Source: Nitrosopumilus sp. | GTDB taxonomy: Archaea; Thermoproteota; Nitrososphaeria; Nitrososphaerales; Nitrosopumilaceae | Reading direction: 5' to 3' | Assembly: GCA_965197525.1 (NCBI GenBank) | Contig: OZ240211.1 | Coordinates: forward strand, 96,001-160,000 | DNA: 64,000 bases | Part shown: one piece after another, positions 20,959-31,398 of the stretch | How positions within the stretch are numbered: the first letter of the stretch is position 1 | How the letters are laid out: each line of letters begins with the position of its first letter | Made by a program: the position numbers and the translations under genes | The notes under the pieces: model-generated | What the model was told of the DNA's origin: nothing | Seen by the model: the letters and a program-made list of their open reading frames with translations, nothing else | Databases searched by the model: none

Positions 20959-22309
20959 CAGAAGTTGAAAATGTACCCTCTACACACGTTTTTTACGCAT
21001 AATTTTACAAGCTAACGCACATAATTTTTTGATACATGGGGGGCTAAAAGATCAAAATTTGACCAGTTAACATGTCAAATCAGAAAAATGAACTGGATTT
21101 CCAAGACAGCGTCACAAAAAAAGAATTCAAGGTTTTGCATGACGCACTAAAGTGTGCAAAGATACCACTGTCAACAAGGCATAACGCCGTGTACGGTCTT
21201 GAGGATGTCGTCTTGGTTCTGCTATACATGTGCAAGAATGGTGCTACTGCCAACAGGGCAGTAGCAGAGCTTGCCATCACATCAAGAGATGACAAGACCG
21301 TCAGTATCCCAACATCTCAGTGGTTATTGAGTATGATAGGTGCAATAGATTCTGACAAGATGAATGCCTTGTGCATGCGCATGTTAAAGAGTACGATCAA
21401 GAATGGATTTGGTCTTGAGAAGAAGACAGGTCACATGTCTGCCATAGACAAGCACCTGATCCCATTCACAGGCGCAGACAGGCATAATGACAACTTTGTA
21501 ATCGGTGGCAAGCCCAAGGGCGGAACATCTCAGTTTGAGACATACGCTACCATGCAGCTAGTCACCGAAGAGCGGTTGCCTACGATAGCAGTAGTGCGCC
21601 TCACAAAGGACATGACCAAGATTGAATTCGTGCGTAAATTGCTCTCAGAATCAAAGAAACTAGGGTTAAAAAAGTCGACGATTCTCATGGATCGTGAGTT
21701 TAGCAATGTAGATGTGATGCGTTTTCTGGACAAACACGACGAGAGATTCCTGATGGCAGTCAGCAAGACGCCGGGAATCAAAAAGGCCATCTCAGAGTTT
21801 CGTTGCGGCAAAAGAGACGCAATATCAAGATACGAGATGAGATCCAGTGACGGAACAACATTCAGGTTTTGGCTAGTGATAAAAAAGCGCCTCAAGGAAA
21901 AGAAGGGCAAAAAAAGATGGGAGTATCTGACGTATGCCACAAATGTAGAACGCCGGCGCATAAAACGCACCATGAAAGACGTTCCTGAAGAATATAAAAA
22001 ACGCTGGCGCATAGAGAACAACTTCAAATCAGTTGAGCAGATGCGTGCACACGCATGTAGCCGAAATCATGCGATCAGAGTCTTTATGTTCTTTCTCTCT
22101 ATGACTGTATGCAACCTGTGGTATACGGCAGTGCGAAAAATAAACAGGATGTTTAAGATCAAGTTTGGGCGACATGTCAAAACAAATATGACAGCTAGTG
22201 TATTCCTAGTGTTGCTCATTGTATTGGTCAAGAGGATCATAAAATCAACAGACAAAGAATTAGAATATTATTTGCAGTGTGTGCGATAGGGGTACATTTT
22301 CAACTTCTG
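20959..22309 (+). mobile_element. ISH3-like insertion sequence (1351 bp)
   Basis: Perfect 20-bp TIR CAGAAGTTGAAAATGTACCC at both ends; 4-bp TSD ATGT (20955-20958, 22310-22313). Confidence 0.92.
21072..22289 (+). CDS. ISH3-like DDE transposase
   Basis: AIDKHLIPF / LMDREF / RWRIENNFK DDE motifs. Confidence 0.9.
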   Translation: MSNQKNELDFQDSVTKKEFKVLHDALKCAKIPLSTRHNAVYGLEDVVLVLLYMCKNGATANRAVAELAITSRDDKTVSIPTSQWLLSMIGAIDSDKMNALCMRMLKSTIKNGFGLEKKTGHMSAIDKHLIPFTGADRHNDNFVIGGKPKGGTSQFETYATMQLVTEERLPTIAVVRLTKDMTKIEFVRKLLSESKKLGLKKSTILMDREFSNVDVMRFLDKHDERFLMAVSKTPGIKKAISEFRCGKRDAISRYEMRSSDGTTFRFWLVIKKRLKEKKGKKRWEYLTYATNVERRRIKRTMKDVPEEYKKRWRIENNFKSVEQMRAHACSRNHAIRVFMFFLSMTVCNLWYTAVRKINRMFKIKFGRHVKTNMTASVFLVLLIVLVKRIIKSTDKELEYYLQCVR

Positions 22310-23420
22310 ATGTAGCGGTATCTTGACTGGTGGCAACATTCGTCTTATCCCAGTCTATTACCGGTCTTGGATTATCATTCACAGGCGGCCCCTTCTCCAT
22401 CTTATCCCACAAGAGCTCCAGGTTTACAAGTCCGGTTATGATGTTAAATTCATTATTAAATTCACTGACTGTTCCATTGTATGGGGCAACAAGTCTACCG
22501 TATCGTTTTAGCCTGCCAATACTGTGCTCTACCTTTACCCTGATGGAATTGACGTTGTGGTTTTCTTTTTTCTCTTTTGGTGTAAAATGTCTATGATTCT
22601 TGCTTCTCTTGTGTGGTTGTTGGGTAATTGTGCCTGGCAGTTCCTTTTCAATTCCCTTGTACCCCAGGTCCGTAAAGAGATGAACACGATCATCATCAGG
22701 GATATCCTCACTGCACATCTTCTCCCACCATATTCCAAATGGCAGTGGGCTCTCTCTGAGTAACGTAATGTCGTGGATGGATCCCAAAGTGCTCTTTGAT
22801 GCAGCCACAATGACTCCGTTCTCGTTTATGCATACAGTGGTGTTAAACGTAAACTTTTTCTTTTTTCCAGAATATGTTATGCTTCTCATCTGGTTGTTAC
22901 TAGGTCTATTCACGGGACAATGAGTACCGTCAACCATGGCGATACCTCCATCAGGTCCGGGCATTATTTTTTTAAACTCTTCTTTTGTTTTTGCATTTGC
23001 TATATCTTTTGAAATGTTGCTGGCTGTAGGTAGCACTATACTCAACATAGAATCCATGATTTTGATGTATCGTGATACCGCAGCTTGATCCACTCCAAAT
23101 AATGCAGCAAGGGATCCCTGTGTGGGATTGCCTTTTTTGTATATCAACGCCATGAGTAGTGCGTGTCTGAGATACAGCTTGCAGCGATTCCCTGCATCAG
23201 ATGACCTGTCATCATTATCTCTGAACAAGAGGGATTTGTTGTCTTGTTTCATGCATAGTGTAACCCTGGCAAGCAAGTACTGGAACTTGGCCACATCCGT
23301 TAATGTGGCATCATGAATCTTTGCATCATTATTGATAATCTCATCGAACACCTCTACTCGGTGCATCCTCACATGATATATTAAATAATGTTCGGTGGTT
23401 TGGTGCAGATGCCAATACAA
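22260..23420 (-). mobile_element. IS5-family (ISL2-group, DDE_Tnp_4-type) transposase; 3' end interrupted by the ISH3-like element
   Basis: HTH LAALFGVDQAAVSRYI; VDGTHCPV, YSGKKK, TDLGYKG, RVKVEHSIGRLK. The last 17 aa are read from the ISH3 right end. TIRs not resolved. Confidence 0.85.
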
Positions 23421-23459
23421 TCATACATGATAACCAAAATGGCTTTGCATTTGCAGAAC

Positions 23460-24477
23460 AGGTAAACTTTACATCGGTTCAACCCACAACACCAGAAAGT
23501 GATCTTAAAACTAAATAACCATGCAAATATCTGAGAAACTTGCAAGGGAGCCAAGTGTTTATGCTTTCATTGAATACGATCTCATTCAACTATTGGGCCA
23601 TGCAATTCTTGAGACCCAGTGCATGTCAACTACTAACATTATCAAGAGCTTTCCGATGATTTCGCAAGAGTATGTTGGTCTCAGTGGTCCTATCATGTTT
23701 GATGATGCAGGCGACAGATCTGATATAGAGTACGCTTTATGGAATATCCGTAATGGTGTTTGGGTTGATAATTTGCCACCCCTGTCACTGACTGCTCAAG
23801 AGCGTGACTGGCTTGCCTCTAATCCTGAGATCAAAGTAGCATACATACCTGATTGGGCACCATTTGAATATGTCCAAGATGACGGCACGTTAGGAGGTCT
23901 TACCGCTCAATTTATCTCAGAGTTTGAGCAACTCACAAATGTTGACTTTGTTCCGGTTTCTGGTATTACTAGCTGGTCTGGAGTTCTTGACAGATTGGAG
24001 GCAAGAACTGCGGACGTTGGATTTCTCATCGTAGATACACCTGAAAGACGTGACTATCTAGGCTTTACAACTCCTTATAGACATGTCACTATTGACATTG
24101 TTACTGTGGGTGATATAGGCGTCACTTTGGACACTCTTGGTGGTTTTAGAGTAGCTACGATAAAAGAGTTTGAGATCGACGGATGGTTTGCAAACAACTA
24201 TCCTGATGCATATCATGTCTCAGTTGACAGCATACAATCAGGTCTTGAGATGCTTCAGTCAGGCAAGGTAGACGTATTTTTAGAATCGTGAGATGTTGTA
24301 CATCATACTGCTGACCAGTTAGGTATTATCGGTCTTCACAACGTAGGTTCTACAGGATACGGGTTTGATTTGAATGTAACCTACAGAAATGATCAACCAG
24401 TATTGGGTTCAATTCTGCAAAAAGCACTTGATGCTGTACCTGATGCAACGTTTGTCCTACAACAACCAATAAATTAA
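23460..24477 (+). pseudogene. Chimeric substrate-binding protein remnant (type I SBP tail fused to a BvgS-like type II SBP)
   Basis: 5' part missing next to the IS5 element. LTAQERDWLASNPEIKVAYIPDWAPFEY is BvgS-like. TGA at 24289-24291 is followed by ~60 more in-frame SBP-like codons to TAA 24475-24477. Confidence 0.78.
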
Positions 24478-24809
24478 CTGGTACACAGCTAGCTTTACTA
24501 ACACATATTGGAGCTTTAGATGTCTTGCTATTATCCCTCGTAAATAATTTTAACATAATTCTGTATATTTAATCACGCATACACTTTAACATTTCTTTTC
24601 TTAATCCTTTCTAATCTATCGTATTTTAAATTCAAGTGTGTATATGTTTACATGCGCAAATTCTCTGTTTACATACTTGAAAATTTATTTTTGCCTGACT
24701 AGTTTTGTTGTTTTTTCAATAACCGGCATTTGATCGTATATGTACAATCTATAATATTTGTTGAACATCAAAATATTTCTCGACCTGTTGCAAAAAACTC
24801 CCGTTAGGC

Positions 24810-25331
24810 TTGCTATTCAATGTTAAAATAATCTATTTTGTATCTAGATGCATGGGCAAAATGGTTGTTACTGGTATAGTCGCTACTTTGGTTATATTAG
24901 CTGTTTTGGCTGTAGCCATTGTTGTATTTACGGGCAATTCTTTGGTTGATTCTTTCTACAACGAGCAAAGCTTTCGTATAGAAAGCATGGTAAGAGAGAC
25001 AGTCATTCTGTATCGTGAGGATGGACATAACGCGTTTTCAGCCATTAATGATATGTATCTTGGTGATTCTGTTTATCCATTTGTAGTCGACACTGATATT
25101 TTGGAGTTTGTAGCGCATGGGGCAAATCCAGATCTAATTGGTCTTGTACCTCAGTTCATTATCGAATCAGACAGACCTGTTGAGCAAATTCTTGATGATT
25201 TACACGACGGTTCTGGCGCTTGGATTGAATCTAACCTTACAAATCCTCAAACCGGTGTTGAAGAATCTAGGACTATTTTTCTGTACCTGCATGACCAGTA
25301 CATCTTTGGCGCAGAATCCGTTTTACCGTAA
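24810..25331 (+). CDS. Membrane-anchored stand-alone Cache-like sensor domain protein
   Basis: N-terminal TM helix; YPFVVD, VAHGANPDLIG, GAW, NPQTGVEE, YIFG pattern of single Cache domains; start likely ~24852. Confidence 0.72.
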   Translation: MLFNVKIIYFVSRCMGKMVVTGIVATLVILAVLAVAIVVFTGNSLVDSFYNEQSFRIESMVRETVILYREDGHNAFSAINDMYLGDSVYPFVVDTDILEFVAHGANPDLIGLVPQFIIESDRPVEQILDDLHDGSGAWIESNLTNPQTGVEESRTIFLYLHDQYIFGAESVLP

Positions 25332-25566
25332 ACTCTGAAATCTTGGTATGCTGGCATCTTTAGCATTACGGATGCCTTCTGTTTACATATGTTCAGTCTA
25401 TTCTAGCTACCGTTTTTGTTGCGTACGAGATTCAAATAACTCTTGCATGCTCTATTTTTTAGATTTATTGGCCTGCTAGTAGTACGATTTCTTTTTTATA
25501 TGATGGTGATCACTTTTACTGTGTCTCTTCAAATATATTTATCACAGCACATACTCAATCATAGAT

Positions 25567-25827
25567 ATGACCGACGACGTATGTGATTTTTGTAAAGGGG
25601 CGTCTCTTGGCTCAAATGTCTGTGTCTATTGTAATGGGACAGGTGAATGGAATCTTGCAGCCCAGGCCTACCTGAAAAATCACATCTGTCAATGCATAGT
25701 TCTTGATAGAAAGTTCTGTCCCGTATGCAACAAACCGTGTCATCATGACACCACTTTGAGCCCTAAACAAAAGATTGATCCGGGTTATGACGGGGCGCCT
25801 TCCCATGAAATTCCAGTGATCTCCTAA
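25567..25827 (+). CDS. Small zinc-finger protein (multiple CxxC)
   Basis: CDFCKG, CVYCNGTG, CQC, CPVC, CHH. Confidence 0.75.
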   Translation: MTDDVCDFCKGASLGSNVCVYCNGTGEWNLAAQAYLKNHICQCIVLDRKFCPVCNKPCHHDTTLSPKQKIDPGYDGAPSHEIPVIS

Positions 25828-26000
25828 TAGTTCTTAGATGGTCTGAAGAATCTAATAACGATGATGACGTTGACGTTGATCAACCATACTCACACTTCTT
25901 ATAGATGATGAATGTTTCTATATTATGTACAAAGACAATAAAAATACTCGTATATTTATAATGAAAAGTCCTATTAACGGGGTAAAAAATAGGTGTTAGT

Positions 26001-26921
26001 ATGGCAAACTTTAATCCAGGTTCAAATCCTGCGTGTGCGCGTTGTGGTAAAAACTCCCTTTTAACTGACGAGGTTACAGGAGAACAATTTTGCGGTAAAT
26101 GTGGTTATGTAGTTACTGAAAAATCACAAGAATCTGGACCTGAATGGAGATCATTTCAAAAGGATGGCGGTGCAGACCCTGCACGAACCGGCGCTCCATC
26201 GTCATTAATGATTCATGATATGGGATTATCTACAGTAATTAATCCTTTAAACAAGGATGCATCCGGAAAACCACTCTCTACATCTATGAAGAGCACTATT
26301 GAGCGATTACGGACTTGGGATAGTAGAAGTCAAGTTCATGCCCCAGTTGATAGAAATCTCCGACAAGCGTTAAGTGATCTGAACAAATTAAAAGACAAAG
26401 TCTCAATTCCTGCAAATGTTCTTGAAAAAGCAGCATATATCTACAGAAAAGCGTTAGAGAAGAAACTTGTTCGTGGCAGATCGATATCTGCAATGATCGC
26501 AGCATCATTGTATGCTGCATGCCGAGATACCGAAACACCAAGAACATTAAAGGATGTTGCAGACGCTGCAAACGTTAAACGTAAAGATATTGCTAGGTGT
26601 TACAGATTACTGCATCATGAATTGGAACTAAAGATGCCTGTAGTTGATTCTATTCAGTGCATTGCCAGAATCTCTAGTAAATTAAAGATAAGTGAAAAGA
26701 CAAAACGATATGCAGTCAAAGTGCTCAAAGAGGCGCAAGAACGAAAAGAATCCGCCGGAAAGGATCCAATGGGACTTGCAGCAACTGCTCTTTACTTGTC
26801 ATGTGTTAAAAACGGCGTCTCAATCACACAGCGGGATCTTGCAGAAGCAGCCGGTGTCACTGAAGTCACGATAAGAAATCGTTACAAGGGTTTAAAGACT
26901 GACAAATCTGTAAAATTCTAA
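26001..26921 (+). CDS. tfb: Transcription initiation factor IIB
   Basis: Zn ribbon CARC...CGKC, GPEWRSF, two cyclin repeats, EVTIRNRYK. Confidence 0.97.
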   Translation: MANFNPGSNPACARCGKNSLLTDEVTGEQFCGKCGYVVTEKSQESGPEWRSFQKDGGADPARTGAPSSLMIHDMGLSTVINPLNKDASGKPLSTSMKSTIERLRTWDSRSQVHAPVDRNLRQALSDLNKLKDKVSIPANVLEKAAYIYRKALEKKLVRGRSISAMIAASLYAACRDTETPRTLKDVADAANVKRKDIARCYRLLHHELELKMPVVDSIQCIARISSKLKISEKTKRYAVKVLKEAQERKESAGKDPMGLAATALYLSCVKNGVSITQRDLAEAAGVTEVTIRNRYKGLKTDKSVKF

Positions 26922-27253
26922 TCTCTAGTGCCTATTCTTCATTCGTAATGTAATCTTGTTGTTTCTGTTATTTGTTCTTTGATTATTTTTATCAATATGA
27001 TGTCTCAACCTTGTAATTTCTGTTGTAGCTATGCCAAGTCTGATATTTGGAATATTGCCGTTAGCGTCTTATGCTAACCTGCTTACAATATTCATACATA
27101 TGGTCTTCTTTGTAAAAATCATTTTTTATCGTATTTATTGATCTGATACATATTGGTATGGCTTTACAATCAACTGCAATTTTGATAAATTTTAAAAATT
27201 CTTTTACGCAATACTTCGAAGAATATAAAAATACAGATTATTATATAAAATAG

Positions 27254-28213
27254 TTGAGTAAGTTAGATGATGTTTTGAGGCTTTTGGACTATAGCGTAGG
27301 CAATACTGAAAGATTGGCACGTATAAGGGATACCTTGGAAGATAATAATATTTTAGATGTTTATGATGCTCGTTATCTGCAAAATCTTGTTGATCAATAT
27401 CTTGTAGGTGATCATTTGATTGAATCTTCTTATTCACTTCCTTCTTCTACTCCGCCTCCAAAACCATCTACCTCAAATGAGAATGATGCTGTAGACCAAC
27501 TCGATAACAAAACTCAATCATCCCCACCATCATCTAAATTAGTAGATGATCAAGCTTTGATAGATGATGTATTGCCATCATCATTACCATCACCACCACC
27601 TCCATCATTATCTCCTATCTCTATCAAGCGCCATAAATTATTGTATGCTGTACCTTTATTCTTTTGTATTTTTGGCAGTCTTCTAACTGTTATTACGCAT
27701 TCATCAACTACTGGGTTACTGTCTGTAGGAGGCACTTATTTGAACTCTACAGTGATTGCCATGTTAACTATTGGCCTAACATTAATTTCGCTATTTTTAA
27801 TTCAACAAAAACACATTCATGATATAAAGCGACAATTACAATGCTTGTCATCTGCAAATGCTCCTGTTGCTGAATTAGACTCTGAGATACAAACACCACA
27901 TGACACCCGGATCGAACTTCAAAAAGACTTTCCCAATACGGCAGATATAATATCTCTTCAAAATAAAAACAAAGAGCTCTATGATAAATTTAAGATACGT
28001 GACGCTGAGTTACTTGAAACTATAAATCAGTTTATACAAAACGCTGCTCAAGACATGGAAAGGTTACACAAGGATACACTACAACATACAACAGATAAGA
28101 TTGCAGATTATGTTGAAACCTATCTAGACGAACATTCTGTATCAAAAGAAGATTTTAAAAATTTAAAAGATCTAGTCCAAGAGATGTCACATAAAACTAA
28201 ATCTAATTTATGA
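27254..28213 (+). CDS. Hypothetical membrane protein (Pro/Ser linker, two TM helices, coiled-coil tail)
   Basis: 319-aa ORF with TTG start; hydrophobic segments LLYAVPLFFCIFGSLLTVI and VIAMLTIGLTLISLFLI. Confidence 0.7.
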   Translation: MSKLDDVLRLLDYSVGNTERLARIRDTLEDNNILDVYDARYLQNLVDQYLVGDHLIESSYSLPSSTPPPKPSTSNENDAVDQLDNKTQSSPPSSKLVDDQALIDDVLPSSLPSPPPPSLSPISIKRHKLLYAVPLFFCIFGSLLTVITHSSTTGLLSVGGTYLNSTVIAMLTIGLTLISLFLIQQKHIHDIKRQLQCLSSANAPVAELDSEIQTPHDTRIELQKDFPNTADIISLQNKNKELYDKFKIRDAELLETINQFIQNAAQDMERLHKDTLQHTTDKIADYVETYLDEHSVSKEDFKNLKDLVQEMSHKTKSNL

Positions 28214-28272
28214 ATTCTTTTTTTTGTTTTTCTGCCAGATTATTTTTTGAACGGGACAAGAATGCTACAAAA

Positions 28273-28373
28273 AGACGTCTTTTTTTTTGAGATTGCCTCT
28301 TTATACTCGTCTTTAAAAAAAATTCAATGATTCTGATATACAAGAGACATCTTTTTTTTTGAGATTACCTCTT
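28273..28373. repeat. Two 29-bp direct repeats, 72-bp period
   Basis: AGACGTCT9GAGATTGCCTCTT (28273-28301) vs AGACATCT9GAGATTACCTCTT (28345-28373), 2 mismatches. Confidence 0.85.
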
Positions 28374-28440
28374 GACTTGTCATCATGCTATATACTATAA
28401 ATAGAAAATCTACTTAAAGTGTAACAAAATTACCTCAAAC

Positions 28441-30972
28441 ATGAGCGTCGTATCGCCTATGAATTATCAGTTGGTATTGGAGCCTGACCTCAAAAAATTT
28501 GTATTTTCTGGCAAAGAATCAATTTCTATACTATGCACAAAACCTACAGACTGTATCGTTTTGCATTGTGCTGAATTAGAGATTATTACATGTCACATAG
28601 AATCAAATCAAAATACTGTATCCTGTAACGCAGAATTGCATGAAAAAGATGAAGAGTTACATATCAAACTTGGGACAAAAATCAAAGGAGAGGCCAAAAT
28701 CCATATTACATTCAAAGGGATACTAAATGACAGATTACTTGGGTTCTATCGTAGCAAGTACGTCACTGTTGATGGTAAGACAAAATATCTTGCAACCACT
28801 CAATTTGAGGCAGCTGATGCAAGACGTGCATTTCCTTGCTGGGATGAGCCTTCAGCTAAAGCAACATTTGACATTACAATAATTGCACACAAACAGTTTA
28901 CTGCAATATCTAATATGCCAATACAATCAAAGAAAAAAACTGGCTCTAAAATTATATACACTTTTGTACAAACTCCTGTTGTCTCTACTTATCTAATATA
29001 CTTTGGAGTTGGAGAGTTTGAATACCTTGTATCAAAGATTGGCAAGACCCAGATACGAGTTGTTACCACCGAAGGAAACAAATCAAAAGGTCGTTTTGCA
29101 TTAAATCTTGCAAAAAAACTGTTGGTATCTTACGAATCTTATTTTGGAATAGCATATCCATTACCCAAGCTAGACTTGATTGCAGTACCTGACTTTGCAG
29201 CGGGGGCTATGGAGAATTGGGGAGCAATCACGTTTAGGGAGACCATATTGCTGTATGACTCCAAAACATCATCTACTAACACTAAACAGTTTATTGCAGA
29301 GGTTATCTCACACGAAATAGCTCACCAGTGGTTTGGTAATCTTGTTACTATGAGTTGGTGGAATGACTTGTGGCTCAATGAGAGCTTTGCTACATTTATG
29401 GCAACAAAGTTTGTTGACAAATTTTACCCTCAGTGGGAGCTCTGGGATCAGTTTATCCAGAACGCAATGAATCAGGCAATGGGTCTTGACTCTCTGAAGA
29501 CTACCCATCCTATCGATGTCAAGGTGGACTCGCCTTCCCAAATCCGGGAGATATTTGACGCCATATCCTATGATAAGGGCGGCTGCATTCTGCGTATGCT
29601 GGAATATTATGTAGGAGAACCGAACTTTCAGCAGGGATTGAAGAATTATCTATCTGATTTTCAGTATCGTAATGCCACCGGCGATGATCTATGGAACGCT
29701 ATTGGCAAAACATCCAAGATGCCTGTCTTATCTATGGTCAATACTTGGCTTAAACAGTCAGGATTTCCGCTCGTCGAGATTAACCAGGATGGCAGCAAGA
29801 TACAGCTAAAACAGAAGAGATATCTCTTAGAGCCTGACAAAAAATTCAGTAAAGGGCTGTGGTCCATCCCGTTGATATTAGGATTGGATGATGACACCAT
29901 TATAGTCACTAACAAATTATTTGATAAAAAAACAATGTCAATTACCATTCCAAAAAATACATTGGGATTTGTTGCCAACTATAACAGAAATGGATTTTAC
30001 CGTGTAAAGTATGATCAAGGCATTCTGTTGGATCTTAAAATGCTGGTGGACCAAAAACGTATATCCTCTGTCAATCGGTGGGCAATACAAAACGATCTAT
30101 TCTCTTTATGCATGTCTGGCAATTCACAAGTGACGAACTATCTTGATTTTACTGATGCGTATTTTGATGAAACCAGCTATCTTGTAACAGTTGACGTTGC
30201 CCGTAACTTGATGTCCCTGTACTTTTACGCTTTTGATGAGCCATTTGTAGACAGGATTAAGGATTATGCAATTAACTATCTTCGGAAGGTACTGTCTAAT
30301 CTGGGATGGATGCCTAAAAAAACTGATAAACATACTGATGCATTGTTACGTGGATTTGTAATCGGCGCTTTGGGAAAATTAAATGATGATGTCACAACCG
30401 ATATGGCATTAAAACAGTATAAAAAATTCTTGGCCTCCCCTGACAAACATCCCATTCCTGCTGATCTTATCGAGCCAATATGTAGTATTGCTGCGTGGAA
30501 TGGTAATGACAAAACACACAGAGAACTCGTAAAATTATACAAGAAAGCTCCTAGTACAGAAGAGAAACTACGATTCTTGAGTGCGTTGTGTGGATTTCAA
30601 GATAAAGACTTGCTTGCAAAGACGCTTGACTATTCCCAAACTAGTGCAGTACGTTCTCAGAACATGCAGCTACCAATAATGAAAATCGCTGCAAATCCTT
30701 ACGGTGATACAGTGCTGTGGCCCTGGTTGAAGAAGAACTGGAAGATTCTGACTACCAAGGTAGGGTATGGCAATCCCTTGTTTAATAGAATTGTATCAAG
30801 CATTTCAGGAATAGCTGACGATTCTATGGAATCTGAGATTATACAGTTCTTTGCAGATAACCCCACTCCTGGTACTGAGCGTACACAGTCTCAAACTCTT
30901 GAGAGAGTACGAATAAAATCCGAATTCAAACGAAAGATGCAAAAACAATTCAGAGGCGAAAATGGCTATTAA
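28441..30972 (+). CDS. M1-family aminopeptidase
   Basis: TQFEAADARRAFPCWDEP, GAMEN, HEIAHQW...NE zinc motif, ERAP1-like C-terminal domain. Confidence 0.96.
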   Translation: MSVVSPMNYQLVLEPDLKKFVFSGKESISILCTKPTDCIVLHCAELEIITCHIESNQNTVSCNAELHEKDEELHIKLGTKIKGEAKIHITFKGILNDRLLGFYRSKYVTVDGKTKYLATTQFEAADARRAFPCWDEPSAKATFDITIIAHKQFTAISNMPIQSKKKTGSKIIYTFVQTPVVSTYLIYFGVGEFEYLVSKIGKTQIRVVTTEGNKSKGRFALNLAKKLLVSYESYFGIAYPLPKLDLIAVPDFAAGAMENWGAITFRETILLYDSKTSSTNTKQFIAEVISHEIAHQWFGNLVTMSWWNDLWLNESFATFMATKFVDKFYPQWELWDQFIQNAMNQAMGLDSLKTTHPIDVKVDSPSQIREIFDAISYDKGGCILRMLEYYVGEPNFQQGLKNYLSDFQYRNATGDDLWNAIGKTSKMPVLSMVNTWLKQSGFPLVEINQDGSKIQLKQKRYLLEPDKKFSKGLWSIPLILGLDDDTIIVTNKLFDKKTMSITIPKNTLGFVANYNRNGFYRVKYDQGILLDLKMLVDQKRISSVNRWAIQNDLFSLCMSGNSQVTNYLDFTDAYFDETSYLVTVDVARNLMSLYFYAFDEPFVDRIKDYAINYLRKVLSNLGWMPKKTDKHTDALLRGFVIGALGKLNDDVTTDMALKQYKKFLASPDKHPIPADLIEPICSIAAWNGNDKTHRELVKLYKKAPSTEEKLRFLSALCGFQDKDLLAKTLDYSQTSAVRSQNMQLPIMKIAANPYGDTVLWPWLKKNWKILTTKVGYGNPLFNRIVSSISGIADDSMESEIIQFFADNPTPGTERTQSQTLERVRIKSEFKRKMQKQFRGENGY

Positions 30973-31378
30973 ACGATTTACAGCTCCACTCACTCTTGGC
31001 CTCTTTACTATACTGGCACTCGCCTTGCTAACTAGCAACAATGACGATCTTGACAGGAATGTCCTAGCTGAGACTCTTATAGTAGATGCAGTATACTATG
31101 CTGATAAAGGTCATGTAGCTATATCATATGTTGATACGTCTGCCAAGACAGAGCTTGTGGTATTGGAGGTTTTAGGACTAGAGGAATCCTTTCAGGTACA
31201 GTTTACTGACTCTGAGTTTGTACAACTAGTTCCATTTCTTGACGTTCCATTATATGGATGGGCAGTAAATCCCATAGTGCTAGAAGTCGATCACATTGAT
31301 TATGACCATGTTCAGATAAAGACTGAGATTTATAGCCCTGAATCTGAAAAACCCAAAGTTATTTACTCTCGAGGATAA
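30962..31378 (+). CDS. Hypothetical exported protein
   Basis: N-terminal hydrophobic helix; 11-bp overlap with the aminopeptidase gene. Confidence 0.72.
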   Translation: MAIKRFTAPLTLGLFTILALALLTSNNDDLDRNVLAETLIVDAVYYADKGHVAISYVDTSAKTELVVLEVLGLEESFQVQFTDSEFVQLVPFLDVPLYGWAVNPIVLEVDHIDYDHVQIKTEIYSPESEKPKVIYSRG

Positions 31379-31398
31379 ACACAAGATTTTATTGTGTT

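Noticed and set aside
20650-23470. TIRs/TSD of the IS5/ISL2 element (e.g. AGGTAAACT at ~20651 and ~23460)
   Set aside because: No convincing inverted pair; the 9-bp direct match does not fit the short TSD of this group.
24289-24291. Stop-codon recoding (Sec or alternative code) at the in-frame TGA, and at TAA 152-154
   Set aside because: Intact genes here end in TGA, TAA and TAG normally; a TGG-to-TGA change in an already truncated gene is more parsimonious.
17306-28373. CRISPR-Cas locus suggested by the Cas4-like gene and the 29-bp repeats
   Set aside because: Only two T-rich repeat copies, 10 kb from cas4; no cas1/cas2 and no array of three or more repeats seen anywhere in the window.
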